A DNA stretch of 63,846 bases, the filler included, from Collodictyon triciliatum (lineage: Eukaryota), in NCBI GenBank assembly GCA_043381765.1. It is 6 parts of 6 records of this genome, joined end to end, with 100 filler letters (N's around TTAATTAATTAA, not from the genome) between each part and the next. Parts side by side here need not be neighbours in the genome. Positions count along the whole stretch, not along the records: positions 10,888 to 21,676 come from JBHJMP010002563.1; positions 21,777 to 39,953 come from JBHJMP010002564.1; 4 more parts are not named here. One strand, written 5' to 3'. Below, piece after piece: positions 13,091 to 24,392 of this stretch (positions within the stretch are counted from its first letter, which is position 1; each line of letters begins with the position of its first letter). Both the position numbers and the translations under genes were made by a program. Below the pieces are notes generated by a model. It was not told the DNA's origin, made no database searches, and saw only the letters and a program-made list of their open reading frames with translations.

Positions 13091-13381
13091 ATGCAAGAGC
13101 AAGCCAGACGTCGCCCGCAAGGCTCTCGTCCAAACGATCCTCCCACACGCGAGTCAGCAGAGGGTTCTGCAGAGCTGGAGGAATATCTACGAACGCGCAG
13201 ACTCAACCGCGCAAAGCCAAATCGCCCACCGCAGCCCGTTGTTGTTGTCTTGGCCATCGCAGCCACGTTTCTGTTGGCCTTCTTGGGCCATTTGTCTGAT
13301 GAATCCCTCGTTTATCTTCTGGTTGTCTGCCTCGCACTGATCGGCCTTCTTCTCCTTCTTTCAAAATACACCGCTTCATAA
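13091..13381 (+). CDS. Hypothetical small membrane protein (2 C-terminal hydrophobic segments)
   Basis: 96-aa ATG-initiated ORF, GC-richer than its flanks, with a charged N-half and two TM-like stretches. Confidence 0.5.
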   Translation: MQEQARRRPQGSRPNDPPTRESAEGSAELEEYLRTRRLNRAKPNRPPQPVVVVLAIAATFLLAFLGHLSDESLVYLLVVCLALIGLLLLLSKYTAS

Positions 13382-13902
13382 ATACTTGGCTGCACACACG
13401 AGAAACTCATGTACACAAACAGGTGAATAAGCCGGTGAGCAAAGCCTTCTGTTGGAGGGCACACTCTTTTTCTTCTTTTTCTCTTTTGGCCCGATTATAC
13501 GCTCCCGATAAATACCAATGATGTCGTACACAAAGCCCCTGATTATGCTATTATGATTTGAGAGAGACGGGATATCGTGATGACAAGGTGGCTCTTTCTA
13601 TAGAGTAACTTGTTTTCCTTAGGTTGTACTATATGCTTATCGCGTGATTATCACCGTTTTCATGTGCTCTAAGACATACCGCGTGCTTTACCTCTGCAAA
13701 ACTCTCCAAAGTCATATACGAAGAGCCCTCAGGAAGCTCTGACATCGGTTGTGTCCCTTTTACCCACGCTTGAGAGCCTAAAGGCTGATGGCTTAAAAGT
13801 AGCGAATATCACAACATGCAAGTTTATGTTGCAAAACAAAGATGTATACCTCCCAAAGTATGAGACCTAATTATTTTTTTTTTTTTTGTGACAGCGAAAG
13901 GA

Positions 13903-14964
13903 ATGAATCGCCATGAAGCACTCCGGCACCTTTTGACTCTGTGCACAGCCGTGCTGTTAGGGCTCTATGCTTTTGGCTTCAGCTCAAAAAACTGGAGTGA
14001 GTTTTCTTTCAGCTTCCTCCCATACAACGGGAAAGACGAGGCAAACTTTTTGAATGCCACACGAGCCAACTTTCGTTTTGACTTGCGTGAATACAAGGTA
14101 TCTGGTTACTGTCAAAGCATATATTCAAGTTATCCAGGAGGTCAGAACACAAAAACACACGCCTCTACGGATGAAGGCGCTTATTTGACAAGGAAAGAGG
14201 AACGTAAGTTTTGACTAGTTTTTCGGTTGCTGCTCACACCAGTCAGTTATCCATATTACAATACCATCCTTTTCCTATTTCCTATTTCCTTTCTTCTTTT
14301 GTTTTGTTTTTGTTACGATGTGAAGACGTAATCTGAAACGGCGAAATGTGAATGTTTTATTTATTCTGGCTGGTTCATGTTACCTCATTTCTCTTATTCA
14401 TTATCATCCCATATATTTTTTTCAATAATAGAAAAATTGGTGCTGAAAAAGCGAGACAGAGACATGGTCTGTTTTGATGAGTGTAATGAGACCATATCAT
14501 ATGGCGACTGTGGACATGATTTTTGTGAATCTGCCGCGGTCGTAGGAGGGACTATTCTAACACTGGCTGTGCTGATAGGCCTTTCCATCGCCACCTCTTT
14601 AGGACTGCAGCTTATTGCCTACTTTGTTACTATCAAGATGAGATTTTTCAAAATGTTTGCAGTTATATCTTGGAGCTTTATCACTTTAGCGAGTTTCATG
14701 TCATACATTTTATGGACTCAGCAAGTCCACCCAAAGATTGATATATTTATTCGAAACTGTTCAACATCAAGCTTTGAAAAAAGTGAAATAACAGAAGGGG
14801 GTGGTAATTCTGTTTGCTTAATGCTTATTGTCAGTTTCTTGTCTCTGCTGATCGGACTTTTGTCGTATTTTCGAGACCTTTTGGGTGGAAAGTCTAATGT
14901 AAATACAGAAGTTCGTGCTGAAAGGGATGATGGAGGAGTTAGTAGAGAAGAACAAAGGTACTAA
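13903..14964 (+). CDS. Four-TM claudin/PMP22-like membrane protein, paralogue A (2 exons)
   Basis: Exons 13903-14203 and 14432-14964 (GTAAGT...AG, phase 1). TM1, then W, a Cys-rich first loop and three more TMs. Confidence 0.7.
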
Positions 14965-15649
14965 TATACTAATAATTCATACAATTATTTGCTTTTTAAA
15001 AGATATGTCCATTTACATGTTTCACGGATGATAATTCCCCTCCTCATTCACGCATAGGCAAAGGGACGAAGCTTTCATCGCACTCTTGGATGGGATGCAC
15101 CCAAACGGCTATCGGCCCATAACATGATATGGCCCATTTTCACTTTCAAAGAATCTCTTTTAAAAAACAAACTATACATGTTTTGTATTTTTCTTTTTAT
15201 TGTCTTTTCCCCTTTATTCGATTCATTTTTTCATTTTAATGTTCGCGCTCAATACGTATATCGAGTAAAAATATATAAACTCGATGATACTATTATGTTT
15301 CTTTTATAGTCAAGCTTCTTAACCACACATTGAAATATATATTGAGGTTGCAATCAAGGGCATTTATCATCACCAAATGCGCTGTTACAAAACGACACGT
15401 GATTTGAAGTTGAAGCTTTATTCTCCTCTCCAATCCCCATCAATAAAAGACTAATTTTTCTTCCTATTCAAACCGTATCATTTTTTTTTTTGGGATTGAA
15501 TATAGCATATAGAGACTCGTAATTACAGCATAATGCAAACTTGATTATTTTATTTTAATTGCAAACGATCTATCAGAATGAATTAAGCGTCATATTTTTT
15601 TTTTTCAAGAGGAGGTTTGATGATTATCACTGCATTTTTCATTCGGAGG

Positions 15650-15748
15650 AAAGAAAAGAAAAGAAAAGAAAAGAAAAGAAAAGAAAAGAAAAGAAAAGAA
15701 AAGAAAAGAAAAGAAAAGAAAAGAAAAGAAAAGAAAAGAAAAGAAAAA
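15650..15748. repeat. (GAAAA)n microsatellite
   Basis: Directly visible. Confidence 0.95.
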
Positions 15749-15795
15749 GACAAGCAGTGATGACAATGCGACCTCTAAACACCGCCTTCTTTTCC

Positions 15796-16590
15796 TCACG
15801 CAGCAGCCTCATCATCATTCATGCGATAGACAGCATCCAAAAACTGCTGGTAATTTTCACGATTGCGCATAACGCGGAAAAAGATCAAAGCCGCAGTGAT
15901 GGCAGATATGAGCCAGACAAAGAGACAGCCAAAGACAGAGGTGCTGATGTTTGAGTACTCGACGGAGGCATATTTGCAGCCATCAACAAAGTCATCAATC
16001 TGCGGCTGGGCGCCTGCGTGCCAGAACAAATAGGACAGCAGGGACATTGCGCCGATGGCTGAGAAGCCCTTCACTATCAGCCCCGGCAGGTCGTGGATGC
16101 GGATTTTAGCCTTGCGGAAAAAGAACATGAGCAGAACCACGCCTACGACGCCAATAAGCTGCCCGAGCCACGCAATGCCGGCCATGATTCCGGCCCAGTC
16201 GGCGTCCTTGCAGAACCCGAAAGAACACGCGCTGCTGGTATATTCGATTGTGCGGTCGCACGGCAGACAAAACTCGTCGCCCGTCTCGCTTGGCGGCTTG
16301 CAGCACCCGTCAATCTCTACTTGGAACAGCCCAAAGTACAAGACAACCTGCTTGCCATCGCCCGTGCCCAGGTCCGGATCCACTTTGCAGCGCAGCTCCA
16401 CCCGAGACCACGTCTTTGTCGCGACAATCGCAAGAATCAGCCAGAACAGCACAAAAAGCACGGTCAGCAGCGCAAGGAAGCGTGCAAACTGCCCGCTCGA
16501 AAGCCGCTTCGTCGAGAGGTTGTCTATCCCGTAGACGGACGTCCGTGCATTGATCGGTGGGATGATGGGCGGGCTTTGGTATGGCTCCAT
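15796..16590 (-). CDS. Four-TM claudin/PMP22-like membrane protein, paralogue B (intronless)
   Basis: 264-aa ORF: TM1-TKTW...YFGLF...C..C loop, four TMs; clear similarity to 13903-14964. Confidence 0.78.
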   Translation of the reverse strand: MEPYQSPPIIPPINARTSVYGIDNLSTKRLSSGQFARFLALLTVLFVLFWLILAIVATKTWSRVELRCKVDPDLGTGDGKQVVLYFGLFQVEIDGCCKPPSETGDEFCLPCDRTIEYTSSACSFGFCKDADWAGIMAGIAWLGQLIGVVGVVLLMFFFRKAKIRIHDLPGLIVKGFSAIGAMSLLSYLFWHAGAQPQIDDFVDGCKYASVEYSNISTSVFGCLFVWLISAITAALIFFRVMRNRENYQQFLDAVYRMNDDEAAA

Positions 16591-16950
16591 GGCCGGCGCT
16601 TGGTCTCTGTTTTCTTTGCCCTGTGTGGTTTGTGGGGCTGCTTATTTGCTTGGGTGGTTGGGTTCTTGACAACGAGTCGAAAGGAAAATAAAAGGAGGGA
16701 TATGAAGAAATGGAGGAAAACAAAAGAGGGCGTGTGGCGAGGCTTTTCGGCCAAAGGGAAACTCCCCCATGACGGGTCAGTGATCAACTCCCACAAAGGT
16801 GGCCGCCAGAGTTGGTGCCCTGTCAAAGGATGTTCTGTGATCTTATTCACCAGCCAACATTCAGTGATTTACCCCAAAATAGGGAAAAGTGCCGAGCTTG
16901 GACATAACATATTATTTATATACATTTAATTTACCGGGCAAATAAGAACA

Positions 16951-17022
16951 GCCGCAATGGCCCAGTGGCAAGGCATCTGCCTCGTAAGCAGAGGATCGCG
17001 TGTTCGACTCACGCTTGTGGCA
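16951..17022 (+). tRNA. tRNA-Thr(CGU)
   Basis: Cloverleaf: acceptor GCCGCAA/TTGTGGC, D arm, anticodon arm TCTGC-CT CGT AA-GCAGA, T arm GCGTG-TTCGACT-CACGC, discriminator A, followed by an oligo-T Pol III terminator at about 17033-17040. Confidence 0.95.
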
Positions 17023-17158
17023 TCTGATGTTCTTTTTTTTGCTTTTCTTTCTTTCCACCTCTCTTCTCGGCTTTGGGCTCTGGGCTCGTCTGGCTTGGAA
17101 CAAAGGCAATAACAAACTGGCTTGCTCTCCGCACTTTTTTTTTTCCCTTCTTGAGGCG

Positions 17159-18191
17159 ATGTCTTTGAGCTACCGAATCCAGAGCGTTTTTCAGCTCCAT
17201 ACAGTGGCCCAGAAGCTGGCAGCAGTTGCAAGGAGCGGCGATGTGTATTGTCTTTACGGGTATGTTGCGGGCCCTACTTCCTGCTCTCTCTCTCGCTCTT
17301 GGTGTTTACTTTTTCCTCTTTTTCCTTTTTTTTTTCTTTCTTCTGTCTGTGGCTCATTTCGGCCGCCTAATTTATCATTATCATCTTCACTATCACCACT
17401 TTTATTATTATTCAATCCAATATCATTCGTTTCTTTTGTAAGGGACATCGGCGTTGGAAAAACAGAGTTTACGCGGGGATTAATTCGCAGCTTTTTTTAT
17501 GATGACAAAGCTAGCGTCGACTCCCCAACATATACAATAGAGAAGCTTTACCAGCCCCAACCCTCCGGGTATGTATTCCCTTTTCAAAACTATTGACGCT
17601 ATTACAATCTTTTTTCCATCTATGTATTTTTTTTCTACGTGCGAGTTTGTTATGGCTGAATAATGATAAAGCAATAAACTTGTTTGCATGAATTACAGCC
17701 ACCCGAAAAATATAATCATCCACCACATCGACCTGTATCGCATACAAAACCCTGCACATATCCCAGAACTCGATTTGTTTCAGGACATAGACAAAGGTAT
17801 CTCGCTTCATATGTAACATGCCGTTTGATTGATTATTATAATGTAATAGAAAAAGAAGTAAACCAAACAACATCTTGGGATTGTGTTTAGTCGATGCATA
17901 AATGATATACAGCCTATCTTCCCACCCCGAGACGAAACTAGATAACGATGCATACATATCGCTGTAGATATCTACTTTGTCGAGTGGTCGGAGCATCTGA
18001 CAGAACCTCATCGCCCGAAAACCAGATTGGATATTGAGCTCCACTACTCTTCAGCAGATACAATTACGGCTCCCGACGAACCAAATCCTACCCCTATAGA
18101 GCGCAAGCTTGTCCTTCGTCCGAGTGGGGTCGATTGGGACGTCAGGTTACAAAGACTGTCACCAATCCTCTACCGAAATGGCTTAAACTAG
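17159..18191 (+). CDS. tsaE: tRNA threonylcarbamoyladenosine biosynthesis ATPase TsaE (YjeE) homologue, 4 exons
   Basis: Exons 17159-17259, 17443-17568, 17699-17796, 17968-18191 (all GT-AG, in frame). Motifs GDVYCLYG|DIGVGKT, VDSPTYTI, HIDLYR and FVEW are the TsaE set in order. Confidence 0.9.
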
Positions 18192-18439
18192 ATATTGATA
18201 AAACGAGAAATAACAAGCAATCACACGGGGGTTTAACCTTTATTCGATTCAAAGAAGCAATCACACGGGTTATTTCGATGATCAAATGTCACCGTGATGA
18301 ATAATTGATACTTGGTTTATCTTGATTGGTTAGAGCGATCGTGGATTTTTTCTTTTGAAAAAAAAAAGATATCATGAGTTAGATTTACTAATGCTTTCAA
18401 TTTGTGGATGTAATTTGGCGCATCAAGCCATACGTTAGT

Positions 18440-21400
18440 TTATGCAATCGGAGTAATAGAGGTAGTTCTATTGGCCATCACCCCCTTGAAATACGGAAGA
18501 AAGATTGGGATGATAACAAAGGTACAAAGAACAAGTCCATTGATGAGGATAATCACAACTCCAATCCACTCTTGATTTGACTGATATGACCCCAGCAACG
18601 CGGAAAAGAAGGATATAAAGATGGTGAACAGGCTAATGAGCTCCATCTGGTTTTCTGATTCGTTTCTGTATGGTCGGTATTTTTGCTGTAGCCAGATGGA
18701 CATCTAGTAATATAATAAATTAATCTATTAAAGGGTGACTTCACTCCGGAAACTCAACCATAAAAGGCACCCATTTCTTGAATTTTTGACATGTATTGTG
18801 CCAGTGTATATTATTGCATATGGCTTTGGATGAATAGATAAAAAAAAAACCTGAATAACAAGGATGATCAAGAGATAAAGAATTGATTGGTATGTGTACG
18901 GAACCACGGTAATTATAAGCGAGAACAAGATTCGACGAGACAAAATGACAAGCTCCCAATACCTTTGTTCCTTGGGTGATAGAGATTTTAGACACGGTTG
19001 ATGACAAAACAAACACAAATACATCTATAGTTGAACCTGAAGAGGTACATACCCTTTTGAATGGAAGGTAAAGAAACCCGTACCGCTCATCTCTCATTGC
19101 ATTTGCGTCTGAAATCTCGATGTTTTTCATAATTCTCAAGACAAGTATAGGAAAGGCACCAACAAATAAAACGAAGACAGGCATGGTCAAGGCCAGCATA
19201 CCCAGATATTCATCAGAGGTCGGAGCGCATTTCACCCAAGGAGCAGAGTTCAAATACCAGTTGCCATCTCCTTGGTCATATAGGGTGCAGCTGAACACCC
19301 CAAAAACATCCATGATGATTTGATAGTACATTATGTGAAGTAAAGTCAATGAAACGTATATAACCTAGTGTGTAATGATAAAGACGGATGGTTAATTCCA
19401 GTGCTTCATTTAAATTGTAACGAAATGCTTTTATTTTAAAAAATCATTGTAATAACGAGCTTCCCAATATATCATTCCTGCTGTTTAAGTTCCTACCTTG
19501 TTACGACCTCTCATGGGCAAGGAATGATGGAAGTAGATTCCAATACATAAAAGCACAATGAGCCTACCATAGCTGAAAAACAAAGGAGAGATGGCATCTG
19601 TTGATTTCAATACACATGATATCGTCGGAATAGAAATCGAGCCAAAAGAAAACATGTAATCAATCATTTGACTTAAGCTGTCTGATTTTGTTAAGGACGT
19701 GTAGAGAATTGAAAGCGTCTGCACGTGGAAGACAACAATATTCAATTTACCTATACAAAATTATGTTGTGAGTTAAGCGTAGTTTTTATTTTAAAAAATC
19801 CTTTCCATAGTACTTCAGTTGCATTCATAGATGCTTACAAATATACTTCTTTTATTATTATTAACCACAAAGTTACCAGATTTTGGGGCAGAGAAATGGA
19901 CCAAGGCCCCGATAAACCCGGCCAGTGCGATAGGGGACAATATCAAAGTGGCTAAAATGGAACTATCACCGCAATCAACGCAAGTTCTACCACGATGTCC
20001 ATACCCACTTTTGCATTTAGAGCATACCCTTCCAGTATACCCTTCGTTGCATGGGCTGTCTTCACCAGCATTTAAGTCGTCAAACAAAGTTGCTCTATCA
20101 GCAGCAAGCGTTTGCTCGCATGCGTCTGCGATAGGACACACAACGAGGGATTTTATGTCTACTATGCTTGGAGATGCAAAGCATCCTTTGATACTAACTC
20201 CATCAGTGCATTCACAGTCATCCGGGCATTTAAAGCACATATCTCTGACTCCATAGTAATTTGGAAGGCATTCGCAATAGATGAAATCGTAGTAAACTGA
20301 ATCCATATCTATCTTCACAGTACTGCTGTCTATTTCCTCTGATTGTATAGTTGGACACAAAAAAGAATCCCTTTTGTTCTTTAATTGGTAAGGCTGGCTG
20401 AAAGTGGTGAAGGCTGGTAAAAAGGAATTGTTTGAGTGTCTCATTTTTGTGGACTGCACATTCAGTTTTTCCATTCTCACAAAGTTAATGAAACTGTCAG
20501 GAAGTGAACCCTCGATTGGGTTGTTTGAAACATCCAACTCTACCCAGTCTAATAGATTGGCCACATCATTTAGCTTTGTGAGGCGATTATTACTGAGGGA
20601 TAATACTTTTATCTGTGTAGAGTACTGATATATCCACCACGAAAGCTCGCCAGTTAGGAAATTAGAGTCCAGATAGAGATATTCGTACGTATAGACAATA
20701 GGTTCAGGACTGTACTTTGGGCTGATGAACCAGCCAACTTCCCCCGATAAGCGATTGTTGCTAAGATTAATAACGTCCAAATTCGGTAGCACCCAAAGGT
20801 TTTCCGGCATTGAGCCGATGAGCCAGTTGGAGGATAAGTTAATGTCCTTCAATCTGAAAAACGAAGAGAAGCTTTCAGGAACAACACCAGAGATGGAATT
20901 ATTTGAAAAATTCAAGACTTCGACATTTGGTAGATAAATGAGAGGAGATATAGTTCCATCAAGCAGATTGTTTGACAGATCGATGTGCTTCAATGCGGAT
21001 GATTCAAAGATGGGAATGGAGCCGATCAGTTTGTTTTCGAATAGCTGCAGTCTCTCGAGTTTCTGGCACTTCGAAAAATTGGGGATGGGTCCAGTCAAAT
21101 TGTTCTGGAAGATTGACAATGAAACCAGATTGGGTAGGTTCGAGAAGTGGACTAGTTGTCCTGTAAGTCATAAGTTAGACAGAAAATAACAGTTACAAAT
21201 GCTTTTTTTTCGAACGATAAAACAATACTTTCACAATTTCAATGCCATTATTATGGAAATAAAACAACCAACTAGTTTGGTCCGAGCTAATACTAGTGTC
21301 TTCAAAGAGGGAATCGCTTGGAAATCAGGAATCGTTCCTTTATAGGATAAAAAATGTTGTTAGATAGCTTTGTAATCGTTTCAATACCAACCATAAACTT

Positions 21401-21530
21401 TATGATTACTAACATATGAAGATGCTTTATAAAGAAAAGAAGCTTTATACCTTGTATAGGATTTCCTGATAAGTCAAGAAGTTCAATATTTGGTAAATTC
21501 TCAAAATGTGGGATAGGGCCTGCGAAGAAC
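18440..21530 (-). CDS. LRR + Cys-rich + multi-pass TM receptor-like protein, 5'-truncated by the scaffold end
   Basis: Plant-type LRRs (LSNNLLDGTI, LSSNWLIGSMP), Cys-rich CNEGYTGRVCSKCKSGY, then many TM helices with YGFLYLPFKR|EQRYWELVILSRR and RPY motifs. Confidence 0.85.
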
Positions 21531-21676
21531 GCATCACTTATTTTTTTTCTCATTATGAGGGGTATGGACAAAAATGACGATATGTTAAATTTGAGTTCGA
21601 TGGAAAAATTATTGAACCGTTTGTTTAGTTAAGAATTTTTTTGGTTAAGTTGGTTAAGTAAAAAAAAATAAAAAAA

Positions 21677-21776
21677 NNNNNNNNNNNNNNNNNNNNNNNN
21701 NNNNNNNNNNNNNNNNNNNNTTAATTAATTAANNNNNNNNNNNNNNNNNNNNNNNNNNNNNNNNNNNNNNNNNNNN
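21677..21776. other. Artificial scaffold spacer
   Basis: Same 100-nt spacer. Confidence 0.97.
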
Positions 21777-22350
21777 TGTGTGTTTTATGTGTGTGTTTTA
21801 TGTGTGTGTTTTATGTGTGTGTTTTATGTGTGTGTTTTATGTGTGTGTTTTATGTGTGTGTTTTATGTGTGTGTTTTATGTGTGTGTTTTATGTGTATTA
21901 TTTGTTTTTTGTGAGATCTCTTCCGCTTTTGTCGCCGACAAGAATGAGAGTGATCAGATCTGCTTTGTCTGGATAATCCATAAATGGTATGCGCAATTAT
22001 AATTGTTTTTGATCAAAAAATCACGAGACAAAACGCAACGACAAAGCAGACCCGCACGCACGGTTCTACAACCCCCGTTCTTCGCACTTATCTCTCATAA
22101 CCAACGCGTGGTTTGCGTCTACTCGAAGATTATACCCAGGCCTGTCCAAGCGAACAGTGTCTCCTTATCAGAATCACTATAGGGGCGACTCAGTGAAGCG
22201 TTGTCACAATTTATTTCTTATCTCTCCGCGATAGAACAAGAGTTAACGTCAGCCCTTCCCACTCCCCTTTTCCCCGCCTGCCCAGGTTCAAAGCTCCCTC
22301 TTCCTTTCATCGGGTGAAAAAGCAGCCAAAGAGTCCAACTGTTGCCGCGA

Positions 22351-23809
22351 ATGCAAAACAACCTGAACGTGCATCTTGTGAGCGCCATGTTTCGCGACGC
22401 CCTGTCCAAAAACGTCCCGACTCTGGAAGATCTTCACTCAGCACAACAGACACACGCATCACACTCTTTAGCCAACCCGCGAGTGCAGACCGACCGCTCA
22501 GACATTAGTTAACTGACTCCACCGCGTCCTGGCCGGATTCGTCATTTGCGGCTTCGGCGCTTGGCTCCGGCTAATACACATCCGCGTTCAACAGCCTATC
22601 GCAGCGAAACAAGCCGGACACTAAGTTCCTAAAAGCCAAACACGCTACCAAGCTCGGCTGAACGCGCAGGTATTTCTCTGTCTCCTCTGCGCGTAGATGC
22701 ACCAAGTTCGTCGCTTCCAGGCTCTGGGCGAATCGGAGCCGATCGATTTATCGCTGAAAAAACAGTCGCCGACCGGGTAGAGTCTGGCCGAGTCCCTCCA
22801 GTAGTTGCCAGTCTCGCAATTCTCTCGTGGGACTCAATTGCCCATGACCCTGATTATGTGGCATCCGCAAGAGCCTGGCTTTGTCGCAACTACTCCCTTA
22901 GCTCGACTGCACCCAGTATGGATCAAAGACTTTTTGTCTCCTTTATTCGCGAGTTTACATCGGCTTGGTCTCTACCCCGTATTTATACGCTTTTTGATAT
23001 GATGGGTGAGTTTTCTTCTTTCTTTTTTTTATTATTTCAAAACCGGAATACCTTTGTATAATTGGAATGTATATCTCACGGTGTCATCATCCATGTTTTT
23101 TGCAGTTGAATCTCAAGACATATTTCATTCAACTCTCTATGTCCATTTTTTTTTCAATAAAAAAATCAATGGGATATAGCTTTTGCTCTCTTTTTTTTTT
23201 TGCAGTCTTTACTTACATTCATAAATATTCGTTTTTAAATAGACGAACACAATACTTGTGTCCTTGGATTCAACCAGATATACATGCTGATATGTCTTTT
23301 GATAGCACTACATAACGGTGCATGTATTCCGTTTTGGTAATTACTATTTTTTAAAATTTGTTCAGCTGTTTGAGACTAAAATCTGTTCCCTTCAGGCACA
23401 AATATCACGAACTGGTTCATCATCTCTTGACTCATGTCACCCTTGTTCCCACGGAAACCGTATCTGACTATTACAGGCTAGTACATATGCATTCACGTGG
23501 CTATTATTGTTGTTATTGTTGTTATGTATTTTATCGAATACTGTTCATATCAGTTAGTATCTTTATAATTTTGCGTCATAATAATTATGTAGGTTTGGAC
23601 ACACTATCGGATTATCATCTCAAATACTTGAAATCTCTCGTTTTCGTTTTGGATGGGCAATTACGAAAGAGTTGAGCAAGGATGAGTTTACCTTGTTTTA
23701 CTATACTGTTTTCAAAGAGTACGACCAAGGGTTGAGAGAGATGGCTCCACTTACAGTGAAAGCTCCACAATCATCCAATTCAAAATCAAGATGGTGTTCA
23801 ATACTCTGA
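22351..23809 (+). CDS. EFCAB9-like EF-hand-derived protein with C-terminal CaaX motif; start uncertain
   Basis: Spliced: FVSFIREFT...IYTLFDMM|DEHNTCVLGFNQIYMLICLLIALHNGACIPFW|HKYHELVHHLL...YYR|FGHTIG...DEFTLFYYTVFKEYD...SKSRWCSIL*. Resembles the EFCAB9 pattern VFDMLD...FYMLVCMLLA...EFKLY as I recall it. Confidence 0.65.
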
Positions 23810-24074
23810 CCCAGCTGTTCATTTAATTTCTGTTATTTCCTCTGAATGTATTATGAAATTTATCATTAGCTCTACTTCTCCTTAATATCGTACTATTTTT
23901 AATTTCCTATGACAAAATAAAAGACATATTTATTTATGTATCTCTCCTGGACAGTTATATCTATGTCACATTAACAATAATTGCACGTCTTCGCGCAGAA
24001 GTAATGAACGGAGAAAAATCTTCTGTATGAAGTTGTCTCGTTCCAACCATATATGAAAATAGGCCCTTGCCTTT

Positions 24075-24151
24075 TTTGTTTGTTTGTTTGTTTGTTTGTT
24101 TGTTTGTTTGTTTGTTTGTTTGTTTGTTTGTTTGTTTGTTTGTTTGTTTGT
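24075..24151. repeat. (TTTG)n microsatellite
   Basis: Lies between the EFCAB9-like gene and the ATG7 fragment. Confidence 0.95.
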
Positions 24152-24392
24152 CATTTATTCGGTACTAGTGCGCTTACATTAAATAATTAACTCTTCTCTA
24201 TCTGCGTGAGGCTAGCGCTTCTTGCCAACCAAACGAATTCCTATATGCTCAACTTTAATTATATTATCCAAATATAATAAAAAAATTTGTTATTGATTTT
24301 ATATTGTCATTGTAGCTTCCCTTGAATCGAATAAAGGGAACAAAATTCTTTTCAGCATAATTTTGAATAAAATGGTTGCTCGATCTTGATAG

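Noticed and set aside
16055-16929. Plus-strand ORFs overlapping the claudin-like gene
   Set aside because: They are antisense shadows of a GC-rich coding sequence.
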